64,000 bases of DNA from Fistulifera solaris. Lineage: Eukaryota. The stretch spans positions 1,736,001 to 1,800,000 of the forward strand of contig AP026164.1 in NCBI GenBank assembly GCA_030295235.1, written 5' to 3'. This document shows positions 1 through 10,944 of the stretch, piece after piece. Both the position numbers and the translations under genes were made by a program. A model generated the notes under the pieces. That model searched no databases and was not told the DNA's origin. It worked only from the letters and a program-made list of their open reading frames with translations. How positions within the stretch are numbered: position 1 is the stretch's first letter; each line of letters begins with the position of its first letter.

Positions 1-1743
1 GTACGGTCCTTCCTCTCCCTCCTCTTCGTCGTCGTATTGTTCATCATAATCTTGCCCATCCTCTGCGTACTCTTCATCTTCATATGTCTCCTCATCATCA
101 TATCCCTCCCCTTCGTCTTCATAGTCCCCATCGTCTCCTTCATCGTCATAGGCTTGTTCATCATCGTATACTTCACCATCGGGTTCGTAAGCCCCGCCAT
201 CGTCATCTTCATAATGCCCTGGATCTTCGTCGTCGGCGTCATGGACATCCTCCTCATCTTCGTATTCTACGACAGCATCGTTCTCGCGTGCATCTTCATC
301 TCCGTACGAAAATCCAAATCCTCCTTCATCGGCACCACGATTTTCCGTGCTTTCTTCGTGGGACTCTTCGTTGTCGTTCGTCTGATTGGATGGTGCTACA
401 TTAAACGAATCCAAATCACCACTCGGAGGAATGTACTCCTGTCGAGATTGTTCAAACTTGGAAAGCGTCCCAATGTGGGTCGGATCGGTACCATCGTCGC
501 TGCGTACCGCTCGTTTCGAAGGTCCTCGGGACGAACGTCCCGACAAAAGTCCCAAACAGACCAGAAACAAGAAGGCTCCACCAACGGCGACCAACAACCA
601 TGACCACCATTCCATTTTGTCCAACCCTTCTTCGGATCCTCTCGGCACGACATCGGTCGAATTGGACGTACTGGGAGGTGCGACGGGTGCCCCGTTGGGC
701 GATGGTGGTGACAAGACGGTGGGTGCCCCAGTCGGAGCTCGTGTCGAACTGGTGGGAAGTTCGGTGTCACTCCACGTGGGCCAGAACGTACTAGTAGGGC
801 CTATCGTGGTGGGTGACAATGTCGGTTCTGCATTGGGCGCCGGTGTATCCGAAGGTTCCGTTGGCGATGGCTCTGAATTGGGCGCCGGGGTAGAAGAAGG
901 TTCCGAGTTGGGTGCCGGGGTAGAGGAAGGCTCTGCGTTGGGAGCCCGCGTCGAGGTAGGATCCGCATTGGGTGTAGGACTCGAGTCGGATGTTGGCGTG
1001 GAAGGAGTCGGAGCACTGGGTACTCCATTGGGGGCCACTGTTGGCACCAGATCAAACAAGTTGGTGCCAATATAGCCAACACCAACCAAAAACTCACTCG
1101 ACGAAGTCAATTCGTCCGATTCCATAGATTCGCGAACAACTGGGAGAACTGTCTCTTCCACCTCTTCCATACTTTCGAAACCTTCCCCAAAAACACTGAA
1201 AAATCCCTTTACCACATAACAATCTGCATCATCTACGGGTTCTTCACATGATACTGCAGAGAAAAGGTGAGAGACTTATGTGCAGAACCGCCAAGCAGCA
1301 CACGAGCCGCTTGATTTCTTTTTTTACTTACGACCGGATTCTACCACGACATCTTGGGGACGCCAGCTGATCCCTTCAATGCTTTGACTCTGTAATCGCC
1401 GACGTGTCTCGCAATCAAAAAAGCTCGGCAATATACTTTCGGTAATTTGTTTGTCGAGTGGTGGCACCACGAGAACGCGAATCTGCGATATTCGGGTCCC
1501 TGGTTCCACGAAGATTTCGTAAATATATTCGACTTCGTACACTGACCCAATCGGTTCACCGTAGAATCCTTGTTCATTCAAAGTACATTTTCGACTTTGT
1601 ACTTTCCTCAAGTTTTGTTGTTGTGGCAGAGTGTTGTGAAATGACGTTTCTCGAGAACGACCGACCCGATTGGATGTTTCTACTGCGAGACACCTCTGTA
1701 GTAGCAACCAAAAGGACACCCAGACGGGCTGCCGTATTCTCAT
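1..1743 (-). CDS. Type I membrane/cell-surface protein: signal peptide, Cys-containing domain with RRL motif, Pro/Thr/Ser stalk, TM helix, acidic D/E/Y/G tail. Exons 1743-1332 and 1253-<1; 3' end lies beyond the window.
   Basis: ORF 1324..1779 (MRIRQPVWVSFWLLLQRCLA...) joins through a GTAAGT...CTGCAG intron (1331-1254) to a stop-free frame running off the left edge. That frame reads ...APNSEPSSTPAPN... then WWSWLLVAVGGAFLFLVCLGLL then ...YDDEGDDGDYEDEGEGYDDEE. Confidence 0.8.
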
Positions 1744-2436
1744 TTTCAGTGAAGCGAGATTGTTGATGGGGTCAGTCAAGTAACGTGAGTTGTAATGAAG
1801 GTGTTGGGGATTGCAAGGTTTGATGCTATCTTGATGATTGGATGATGGTGAAAATGGTTTTCTTTTTATTTATTTTGGTTTTTTGTTCAATTCGATGACC
1901 CCAACGGAGAAAGGCGGAAAGACGATTGACGAAATCAGACTACTTCGCAAATCATACTGTGTTAGTGCTCTATACTAGGTAATAGAATGAATGGCAATCG
2001 TGCTTGTTATGCGCGTTTCAAAATGTGCGTTCGCCTAAGTAATGAAGTTCCAACGGAAATATCCTCACAGATTCGGTTTTTCCGGCCCAAATTGGTAGGA
2101 GTTTTCGACCATTTTTGTCGATTGACAATGGGGATTTCCCCAAGAGAAACGCTCGCCCAACAACAATTTTTTTAAAAAAAGTAACAACAATTGCTCCTCC
2201 CCAAGTACTTGTACAGATCTGGTCTTGTCTCTCTAGAGAGAGATCCAGTTGAAAAGCTTGAACGTTGATGATTGAGACTCGGGATTCGGGAGATACTGTA
2301 TGACGCACGCATGCACGGACTGACTAACGACGTCTGATCACCTCCCGGCGTCGCAGTTCCGATTTCCGAGCCGTTCCCTTTTATACTTGCCTAGTTCAGC
2401 GAAACATCTACATCTACTTGCTGATTGTTCATCAAA

Positions 2437-3630
2437 ATGGCGGTTCGTCTGAAACAAGAAGTCGAGGACGATTACATCCCACAGGATGTGGACATGGACG
2501 TCTTTCAGGACGAAGTCGTTCAGGAAATCGATGTTTTCTTGTGCCCGGAGTTGGCTTCTCAAATGTATTTATTACAATATCCTTTACAACAGGATCCGAC
2601 GAATCATCATCATGACTCTTTGCCGAAACAAGCACGCATCAAACCCCAACACGGCTTGTTGGAGATGACACATGATTTGCCCCGATCCATGTTTGCCCTG
2701 GATTCCAGTCCCCATTGGGGGATGAAAGATCGAACTTTACCAGTCATACGGTTCCGTTGCAAACGCACATGTGCTTGGGGCAGTTACGGGACAATCGCTT
2801 GGAGCTGTTTCCATTGAATCATATCGCACAAATGCGGCCGTCTTTAGATCACATCAATACCGAAATGGAGGCATCGGAAACGAAAGAACCGGAGGATGAT
2901 ACCAAGAAACCGGTTGTCTTTCAAAGGAGAGAATCCGAGCGAGCGGCAATGGCACGTAGGAGTAGTTACGCGTATAAGAAAGCTTCGGAAGATGCCGAGG
3001 AATGGCATGAACTATCGGTGAAACCTGCCTCTTCCATTCGTGGCGTGGTTCCCACCTCATCGATGTGCGTTCTTGCCACTAGCAATCACAAAGAGTACTT
3101 GGAATCTCTGAATTATATGCCCGCAGTGGAGTCGGCGAACGAAACGCCCACACAGAATGCTTTGGTCAAAGAGATGAGTGAGCTTTTGCACAAAGGATTG
3201 CCAGTACCGTTTTCAATTCTGAGAATGCATGCTCCCGATGCGGATGAGTTTGACATTTTGGAGGCCTTGTCTTTTGCGCTGTCCAGGTTCAAGGGAATTA
3301 CTTATTAAATTCGCAACGCTTGATTCAATGGAAAAGGAACATCAACGAGCGCGCACCTTCATACTTCTCTTGTTGCAACAAAGAGGTATCATTGAACGGC
3401 CTCGGCTCCAGAAAGCTCTACGAATACCAGCGCCGACTACGAATGATATCTTGCAGCTGGTAGCAAAAAAGACAACGCTTGGCTGGGTGTTGAAAATAGA
3501 ACGAGACTCTCGGCATTTGACGGAATACGCGAAAAATCGAGATCTGCATCTCCAGTACTGGCAGAGACAAGCAGAACGCTTTCGAAAAGAGTTAAAACTT
3601 TACGACTCGCCCATAAAAATTGATGAGTAA
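2437..3630 (+). CDS. RPC5: RNA polymerase III subunit RPC5 (Sin-like); frameshifts near 2736, 3272 and 3332
   Basis: Sin_N-type motifs DEVVQEIDVFL, MYLLQYP, ARIKP, IAQMRPSLDH and RRSSYAY. AVQVQGNYLL is recovered after frameshift correction. Confidence 0.8.
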
Positions 3631-3648
3631 ATACATCTAAAACTTTGA

Positions 3649-5898
3649 CTAATTAACATTCTTGGCTTTCATAGCCTCGCGGATAAGTGCTTCGGCAAAT
3701 GCTTCTGCTTCGTTCTTTGCTATATCTCCACTCGCCATTCGCGCGAGTTCGTTCCTGCGGGCGGTGTTCTCCACCGATACAGCATTCACTCTAGTATTCT
3801 TCTTACTCGGCTTACGAGCAGCCGGATATTCTCGCTGTACAACAATATGCGAATCAGCTGCTGCAGCTATGGATGCGCTGTGAGTAATTGCAATGACCTG
3901 GCTCCATTTCGATTGTTCCACCAGCATGCTTCCCATTGCAACTGCAGCGCGGCCACCAACATGAGCATCTATTTCATCATACACTATGGCGATTGGGGGT
4001 AAGCCTACCAATTCAGCTTCCGTTTCATCTTCCTTTTTCACTCGTGCCACAGCATACGACGCAGCTACAGACCCAGGTAGCTCACATTCAACGCACAAAA
4101 GAATACGGGCCTTTTCGCCAGAACTGGCGATTTCGTTCATTCTACCACCATCGGCCGCCTTTTTCTCGTCATCGGCGTTTCGATGCAAAAGAAGAAACTC
4201 AACAGTATCATCAGAATTTGGTGCATCCCCTCGAGGAGTAATACTTGCTGTGAAAATTGATCGTTCCATGCCGACCAGTGGTAATCGACTCGTCACCGAC
4301 GACGTGAGTTCATCGGCTACTTGTTTTCTTTCCAGTGTTAGCTTGGACGCCACGTTCAGAAAAGAAGATAATTTTGCTTCTTCATCCTCAACAGCTGCCG
4401 GCAGTAGTTGTCGGGCATTCACGTTACCGTCCCTCTCGTTTTTCAAAGATCTGTGGCACGTCGGCAATGAACTGGGAATAATACCGTGTTTCCGTGCAAG
4501 CGAACTCCAATCTAATAGCAAGGAGTCAATCTCCTCCAGAGAAAATGGGCAATTTTCACGTAAATACTCAATTGTGCGAATAAGACCTTTCTCATCGTCT
4601 TCCATAAATTTTGAGCAAGCATGAAGAGCATACTCAACGGCATTGAGCAGTTCATGTGATCGCTCCGTGGCCTTTTGCAAACTACGTGTGGAGGCCTTGC
4701 CGTGATCACCGCTGCCCAAGCTGTCCATAATAAAGGACCGCGTTTTTTCAATGGCCGTTATGGCTGACTGATCGCTGGATAGAGCTGCCAAAGCGTCTCT
4801 CGCATTCTGGGCGGCTACCAGCTGTTCGTCCAGAGACACAATCACGTCACGAAAATCCATGAGAGCTTCGAACATAGCTCCCTCGTCATCATTATCCCAG
4901 TCTGATTCGGCAAATCTTAGAATCGCATCGTGAACTTCATTTATTTGTTCGATGGATCTGGCGACTCGTTCTCGAAAAACTTGTACCCGGTCGCGAAATA
5001 CACCAAGCTCTCGAATCCAGTGATTCATCAATTCGACATTCTCGTCGTCATCTGATTGAACAAATGTACTGGGCAGTACCCTCTTTTTCAATTCACGTTC
5101 TATCGCTTCACGCTTTCTTCTGGCCTGTCTGTATTGTCGCCTAGCGTCGTTCACTTCGGATAAGAGATTGGGTGACACCGCACTATCGATGATGGCCAAC
5201 CGTGCCTCGGGCTTTGACAAAGCTGCAGCAGCAGTGGAAGCGTCTACCACAGTCACCATCGACCGAGAAAAGGCGGTCAATGCTTTCAAGGTTACCTGTT
5301 GATTGTTGATATGACAAATAGATTTGACGCGTCGACCTTGTTGTACAACAAGCGACCTTCTCAACACCATCATTCCCGTCGACGGTACATCCACTCCGAT
5401 TGTTTCCAGGAATGATTTAGCTGCTTTCAGATAATGTCCGCATAAGTTCAACTCTAGCTCTACTACAACTGGCTCCCCAACTTTAACATCCTCACTATTT
5501 TTGCTTCCGAGTAAAGCAGTGGAAATTCCCTTTCCTCCCGTCACCACTTCCAGTGCCCGCGCCACAAATAGGGACTTTCCAGATCCTGTTTCCCCCGTAA
5601 TAGCCGTCATTCCATTTTGAAAATCAATCACAATTTGATTGTCTTTCCTAGAGCTTTGTGCTCCAGCGAGATTTTGTGATCGGATCGAAGCAATGTAGTT
5701 TTTGTCAGACAAAGCCAGAGCCCGTTCGGTCCGAATCGGTGTGCTCCTATGATGGGGCGGCCAACCTCTTTCAAATACACCATCTTTTGTGGTCAAAAGA
5801 AAAGAGGTCGAAGCTTTACAAGCAAAAAGAAGAATAGTCAAAATTGACAGCATGAGTGGTGTTCTCCGAAGATCGAGCATGGCCTGACGAAGAATCAT
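3649..5898 (-). CDS. recN: DNA repair protein RecN (SMC-like ATPase) with N-terminal organelle-targeting leader
   Basis: Walker A TGETGSGKS, signature ASSGEKARILL, Walker B/D-loop IVYDEIDAHVGG, QVIAITH and C-terminal RRNELARM. A hydrophobic N-terminal extension ends ...ASTS-F. Confidence 0.88.
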   Translation of the reverse strand: MILRQAMLDLRRTPLMLSILTILLFACKASTSFLLTTKDGVFERGWPPHHRSTPIRTERALALSDKNYIASIRSQNLAGAQSSRKDNQIVIDFQNGMTAITGETGSGKSLFVARALEVVTGGKGISTALLGSKNSEDVKVGEPVVVELELNLCGHYLKAAKSFLETIGVDVPSTGMMVLRRSLVVQQGRRVKSICHINNQQVTLKALTAFSRSMVTVVDASTAAAALSKPEARLAIIDSAVSPNLLSEVNDARRQYRQARRKREAIERELKKRVLPSTFVQSDDDENVELMNHWIRELGVFRDRVQVFRERVARSIEQINEVHDAILRFAESDWDNDDEGAMFEALMDFRDVIVSLDEQLVAAQNARDALAALSSDQSAITAIEKTRSFIMDSLGSGDHGKASTRSLQKATERSHELLNAVEYALHACSKFMEDDEKGLIRTIEYLRENCPFSLEEIDSLLLDWSSLARKHGIIPSSLPTCHRSLKNERDGNVNARQLLPAAVEDEEAKLSSFLNVASKLTLERKQVADELTSSVTSRLPLVGMERSIFTASITPRGDAPNSDDTVEFLLLHRNADDEKKAADGGRMNEIASSGEKARILLCVECELPGSVAASYAVARVKKEDETEAELVGLPPIAIVYDEIDAHVGGRAAVAMGSMLVEQSKWSQVIAITHSASIAAAADSHIVVQREYPAARKPSKKNTRVNAVSVENTARRNELARMASGDIAKNEAEAFAEALIREAMKAKNVN

Positions 5899-6391
5899 CC
5901 TGTTGCTGTGATTCGTTCTCGATCCATCGAGGCGTTCTTGTCGGTTCTTGAACTACTACTATTTGCGCTTCTACGCTCTCAACTCACTCTCGATGAAAAA
6001 AAAAACGGAAAAGTCTTTCGGCAAATGATTTGTGGGAAGCAATGATTTTCAATACTTTGTACGTAGTATTTATCGAATTATGGAATGCCTTCCGACACGA
6101 AAGAATGGTTGTGGAACAAAAAATCCTTTCTCAGCGCGTTTCAGAGCAAAAGAGGAGAACCTTACGGGTTACGGGTTACGATTTACGATGTCGAACTCGT
6201 TTACTCATGTCCGTCCTTCCACCCGCTTCTCCACGTGTCTCTACAAAGTATCGTCGCCCTGTTTCGTGTGCATGCACATTTCGTATTTTAGTTGCACTCC
6301 ATTGTGAGGATTGGACTCGATCACTTTAACGATTCTGATCATTTGATTCTCTTGTTTATTAACCCAGACCACTTTTACAAAACTACAGACA

Positions 6392-7001
6392 ATGCACACT
6401 GTTTGGGTTCGACTAAATGCCGTTGTCTTTTTCGGTCTGACAGTTTTATTGGGTTTGTCTTGTATGGCCGCCCTCAGCAAAGTAGGACACACCTTGCGTC
6501 AACGACCCGGTAAGCAGCAATATATTGTTGCTTTTTTCAGATCTTTGTATATCAATGAATCTTGATCGACTCACTCATTGTGTTGCTGCACTATCAGTGG
6601 TGAAGAAATTAGAAATGAGAAAATTCCGCTCGCTCAAAAGTCACGGAGGAGTCGATCGCGCCTTGCTTTCGTTTGATTTAGATGTGGATTTGACACCGGC
6701 GTTTCACTGGAATATTAAACAATTGTTTGTGTACGTAGTGGCTATATACGAAACGAACGGCCGGTACAATCAGGTGGTGTTGTGGGATAAAATTGTGGAA
6801 GCAGGTGATTCGAAAGTGTTGAAAGAAAAGAATACCTTTATCAAATACCCTTTGGTCGATAAGCGTGGTGGTGAACTGCGTGGAAAGGAAGTAACTTTAC
6901 AACTGCAGTGGGATCATATGCCGATCACCGGCTTGCTTCATATGGACAAGCAACCTTTGGACACTTCCTCCAAATTCTTTTTACCGACGGAGTATCAATA
7001 A
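6392..7001 (+). CDS. SPCS3: Signal peptidase complex subunit SPC22/23; exons 6392-6509 and 6598-7001
   Basis: N-terminus MHTVWVRLNAVVFFGLTVL. A GTAAGC...TATCAG intron restores the frame. Motifs FHWNIKQLFVYV, NQVVLWDKIV, KYPLVD and WDHMPITG. Confidence 0.92.
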
Positions 7002-7396
7002 GCCAATCTTGTAACGAACTAAGACTTTTTTAAAGAAAAGAAGACTAATCAAAAGATAACGATCATGGCTAGCACGTTCTGCTTGAACAAACCTTTCTAT
7101 CGTCAAATCCTGGTAGCTCGTTCACCATAGCTCTATCTCACCTTATCGACGGATAGATGACAGACGCTGCGCATTGCTCGAGTTAGTTAATTAGTTAGTT
7201 AGTGCGAGAGTCAGTCAGTCGCAGTTTACATGGTACTCTGACACTATTTCGAGAACTGTATCAAGTGTGTCAACTTACTTGGAACTCCAAACAATCACTT
7301 TCGGTTTGCAAAATCTGCGCGTTGCGACTTGCGACCCAAAAACTACAAACCAAATAGAATCGAATTTTCAGAGATCGTAAAACGAAAGATCGCACA

Positions 7397-10300
7397 ATGA
7401 TCGCACTCAATCTCATCAGTTTTGTGGGCCGCGAATCTGCATTTGATGATAAACAACGAGGAATGGATCGCGTACTGAATGTCTCAGCTCGTCTTGAGGG
7501 CAGCACGGCAGATTCTGAGGATGTTATCGACCATGATAGTATTGCCGGTGTCTTGCCTTCATCGAGTTCTCTGGTCGATACGACAATCGTTGACTGCGGT
7601 GCATCGTCGTCTGTTCATTGTGGCGAAGAAATCTCCAGAAAAACGCTACATGCTGACATGGCTTCAACTTTCCCTTTATACGGCGATCGTTTCCCCTTGA
7701 TCCTCACTTCATTGAAAATTGACTCAAGCAGTGCAATTGACGGTTTTCAGGGCGATATAAAAATTGGGCGGAAAAGAAAGAGAAGGAATGTCGCAAGTAC
7801 CGCATGTTGGGGCGTATCTTTTGTTCTTTTATTCATTATGGGAATCGGTTTAATCGACCAGGGGAAACGTTTCATCTTGCCTCAGAGTCGCTTCTGTCCA
7901 TCGACACGTGGTTCGAACCCATTTTATGACGGTGTAGCCCCTTATTTCAAGCTTTTCTTACCGGATCTGCGGTCTACACTTCACAACAATCGACAAGAGA
8001 GACGATTAGCCTCCGAGCCACCACAGGGACCGACACTGGTGATAGCAGGGAAGATGACGGTAGCGGACGCCCCTTGTAATATCGCTCAGATGGATCTTAA
8101 TTCACACGAGTGGAGCTTAACAGAGAGAATTCAGTTGTCGCTTTATAACTCTTATTCGGGTGGAGAAGTTTACAGCTTATTGGCGAATTACACTCTTCGT
8201 CATGACGAACCGGCCAGCAATCAATCCGGACTTTTCCATGCTCCACCTCGGCCGCAGCCTATCAAGTATTCTGGATCGGGAGAATTAATCGTTGTCGGCG
8301 CCTTCGATACAACTTATAGAAACAGTCAAGTCACGTATTGCTCCGTAGGCACATGGAATGGATTTCAGCTTTCCAAAGTCGGCGAAGGGTTGTGTAATTC
8401 AGCGCTGAGCAAGGGAATGAAAATCACAACCGCTGCTCTGGCAGGCCCCAATGATGTGTATGTTGCTGGGTCGTTTCAAACACAAGTGTGGAACGGAGAA
8501 CGCAACGAGTTTGTCAAGATCTTCAATATCGCGCATTTCAATGCTTTGGAGCAAGTTTGGCTGCCTTTGAATGTCGGTCAGATTACCTGTTCCTGGTGCA
8601 CAGTAACAGTGTTGGCGCTGGCGTGGGATTCGAAAAGAAGACAGCTTCACGTTGCCGGGAAATTTAATGCAATTGATGGCCGAAATGTACCTGCCGGCTT
8701 GGCAATCTATGACTACGACTCGGGACATCTGGTGGCACATCCCGGTGGAGGCCTCACCATGAGAAACAAGACACAGGACGGCGTTGCAACTGCGCTTCAG
8801 TTAGACGAAGATGCCGGGGTACTTTATGTCATGGGATCCTTTGAAAGACTAACGGAGACATCTGAAGTGTGTCTTGGCTTGGCTGCTTATGAAATTGAGA
8901 CGCATAGATGGACGTGTCTTTCGGATGCCAAGCATAGCGTCCTCCGACGGGTGGTAGCAATATGCTGTTAACTCCTTTTGGATTAATGGTTGCTGGTAAA
9001 ACGACGCCGACTACGGATTGGCCCGACGAATCACGGCCTTACACGATAGCATTGTTGAAGTCGACTTTGAAAGCACTCCCCAAAAATGATCGGGGTGATG
9101 ACGATGAGCCCGTGTCTGAAAAAGAAATGTATCATGATTTTAATTGGTCATGGCTTTCCGGTTTCAACGGTCACGATGAACCTCTACATGCGCTGACAAA
9201 CGGCTACGGTAAATTCGAAGGGAACGTGTTCATCGCTGGTGATAATCTTGTTGCGAGGTGGTACTATAAAACGAAAGCGTCGGACTCAGATTACAATCGA
9301 AGACTAGCAGATACCTCCAAAGGGGGCTCACAGCCTTTGCTAGAACCAACTACGGAGATATTATCTGACGGAGTCGTGTGGGGTGCTATCTTAGCGATAT
9401 CTCAACTGGAACCGAAATTGGACGAAGAACAAGCCATCTCTTCTGGAAGTTCCGTGAACATCACGATCATTGTTTATTGCGTTTCTGTTGGTTGCGTTAT
9501 AGGTGTGATTGGGGCGATCTTATGCAACAGAAATGTTGCGATGGCTTTGTTCTCAAAGCAAGAAAGCTTATCTGGTTTCACTTTGGATACACTGTCTTAC
9601 AGTCCACTTGAGAATACATCTATCAAAGAGGCCTACAATCGAGCTATGCAAACAAGATACGTTGAACAGCCCCACTTACTGACCCTTATCGATCCGCAAG
9701 AGATATTCCTACAAAGAATCATTGGAGAAGGAACATTCGGTCGCGTTTGGAGCGCCAAGTGGAGAAGTTCAAGCGTTGCCGTGAAAGAGTTCGTTTTCGC
9801 ACAAGCTGCAGTCGCTGGTAAATCATCTATGCAACAAGAAATCGTTGAAGAGATTATAGGTGAAGCTGGAATGATGGCAATACTACGACATCCTAATGTT
9901 TTGCAACTTTTTGGTTGTTCGATAACTGCGCAAGCAATTTGGATTGTTAGTGAGCTTTGCTCGCAGGGAAGTCTACGGCAACTACTGGACGACAACGAAC
10001 GGGTCCTAAGTGTTGATTTGCGATTACAATTAGCCTTACAGGTTGCTGAGGGAATGACATATTTGCACAATCAGGAACCACCCATCATTCATCGCGACTT
10101 GAAGAGCCACAACATCTTTGTACATGAAACATTCACGGATGCAGAGGATGGCAGCACAACATCGTCAAAACCAAGGATTTCAGGCCAACACTACGAGAAA
10201 CTGGAAACCCAATCAGTAGTAATAGCGAAAATTGGTGATTGGGGATCTGCTCGAGCAGCTCTGTCAGGCTCGCGAACCATGACTCATGGTGTCGGTACCG

Positions 10301-10614
10301 CTTGTTGGTTGGCACCAGAAGTTATCAAACATGCACGATCCTCTAAGTACAGCGACGTGTATGGCTACGGTATAGTCTTGTGGGAGCTGGCGACCCGTGA
10401 TGAGGTCTACAAAGGCTTGGAAACGACACAGATTATTGCCAAGGTGGCAAACGAGAATCTCCGCCCCCCTGTGCCGCAAGACTGTCCGTGGAAAGATATA
10501 ATGGTGAAGTGTTGGGCTGAAAATCCCAACGATCGCCTCGAATTCAGCGATATTGTGGAAGAACTCAATAGGCTGAGAACTTCACCTACGGGCGCTATTA
10601 GGGAAGTTATTTGA
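7397..10614 (+). CDS. Receptor-like TKL (Raf/MLK-type) protein kinase with a Rax2-like beta-propeller ectodomain; one frameshift near 8942; start codon uncertain
   Basis: Kinase motifs IGEGTFGRV, VAVK, LRHPNVL, IIHRDLKSHN, DWG, GTACWLAPE and SDVYGYGIVLWEL. Hydrophobic segments flank repeats such as VYVAGSF, LHVAGKF and LYVMGSF. Confidence 0.8.
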
Positions 10615-10944
10615 GCTGTCTTCCTTCGAATTATAGTTTTGTACATTGCTCCGGACCTACGACAGGGCAAGACTGTCCTACGTTTTTGTGTTCGTCCTTC
10701 CGGTACAAAGGATCTAATAAAAGAATATTGTAAAGACTATACCATGTTTTTTACTATGCAATTGCTCTTTTCTCGTCCATACTCCTTTGTTTCGTCTGCA
10801 CAAACGATAATAAATCGACGCAAAAAGAACGAAAATGGCCTCTGCAACTGCAACGCTTGACGTGTCGAAGTCCCAGAAAAAGAACACGAACATTGAAGCA
10901 ACGTCTCTCGTCCCTTTCTAACAAACATAACTTTGATTGTGAAT

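Noticed and set aside
37..1075. Plus-strand hydrophobic and Gly/Val-rich ORFs
   Set aside because: They are antisense shadows of the acidic and Pro/Thr-rich minus-strand exon.
7181..7220. TTAG/AGTC microsatellite-like run as a telomeric or mobile-element signal
   Set aside because: It is short and degenerate; at most a low-complexity promoter tract.
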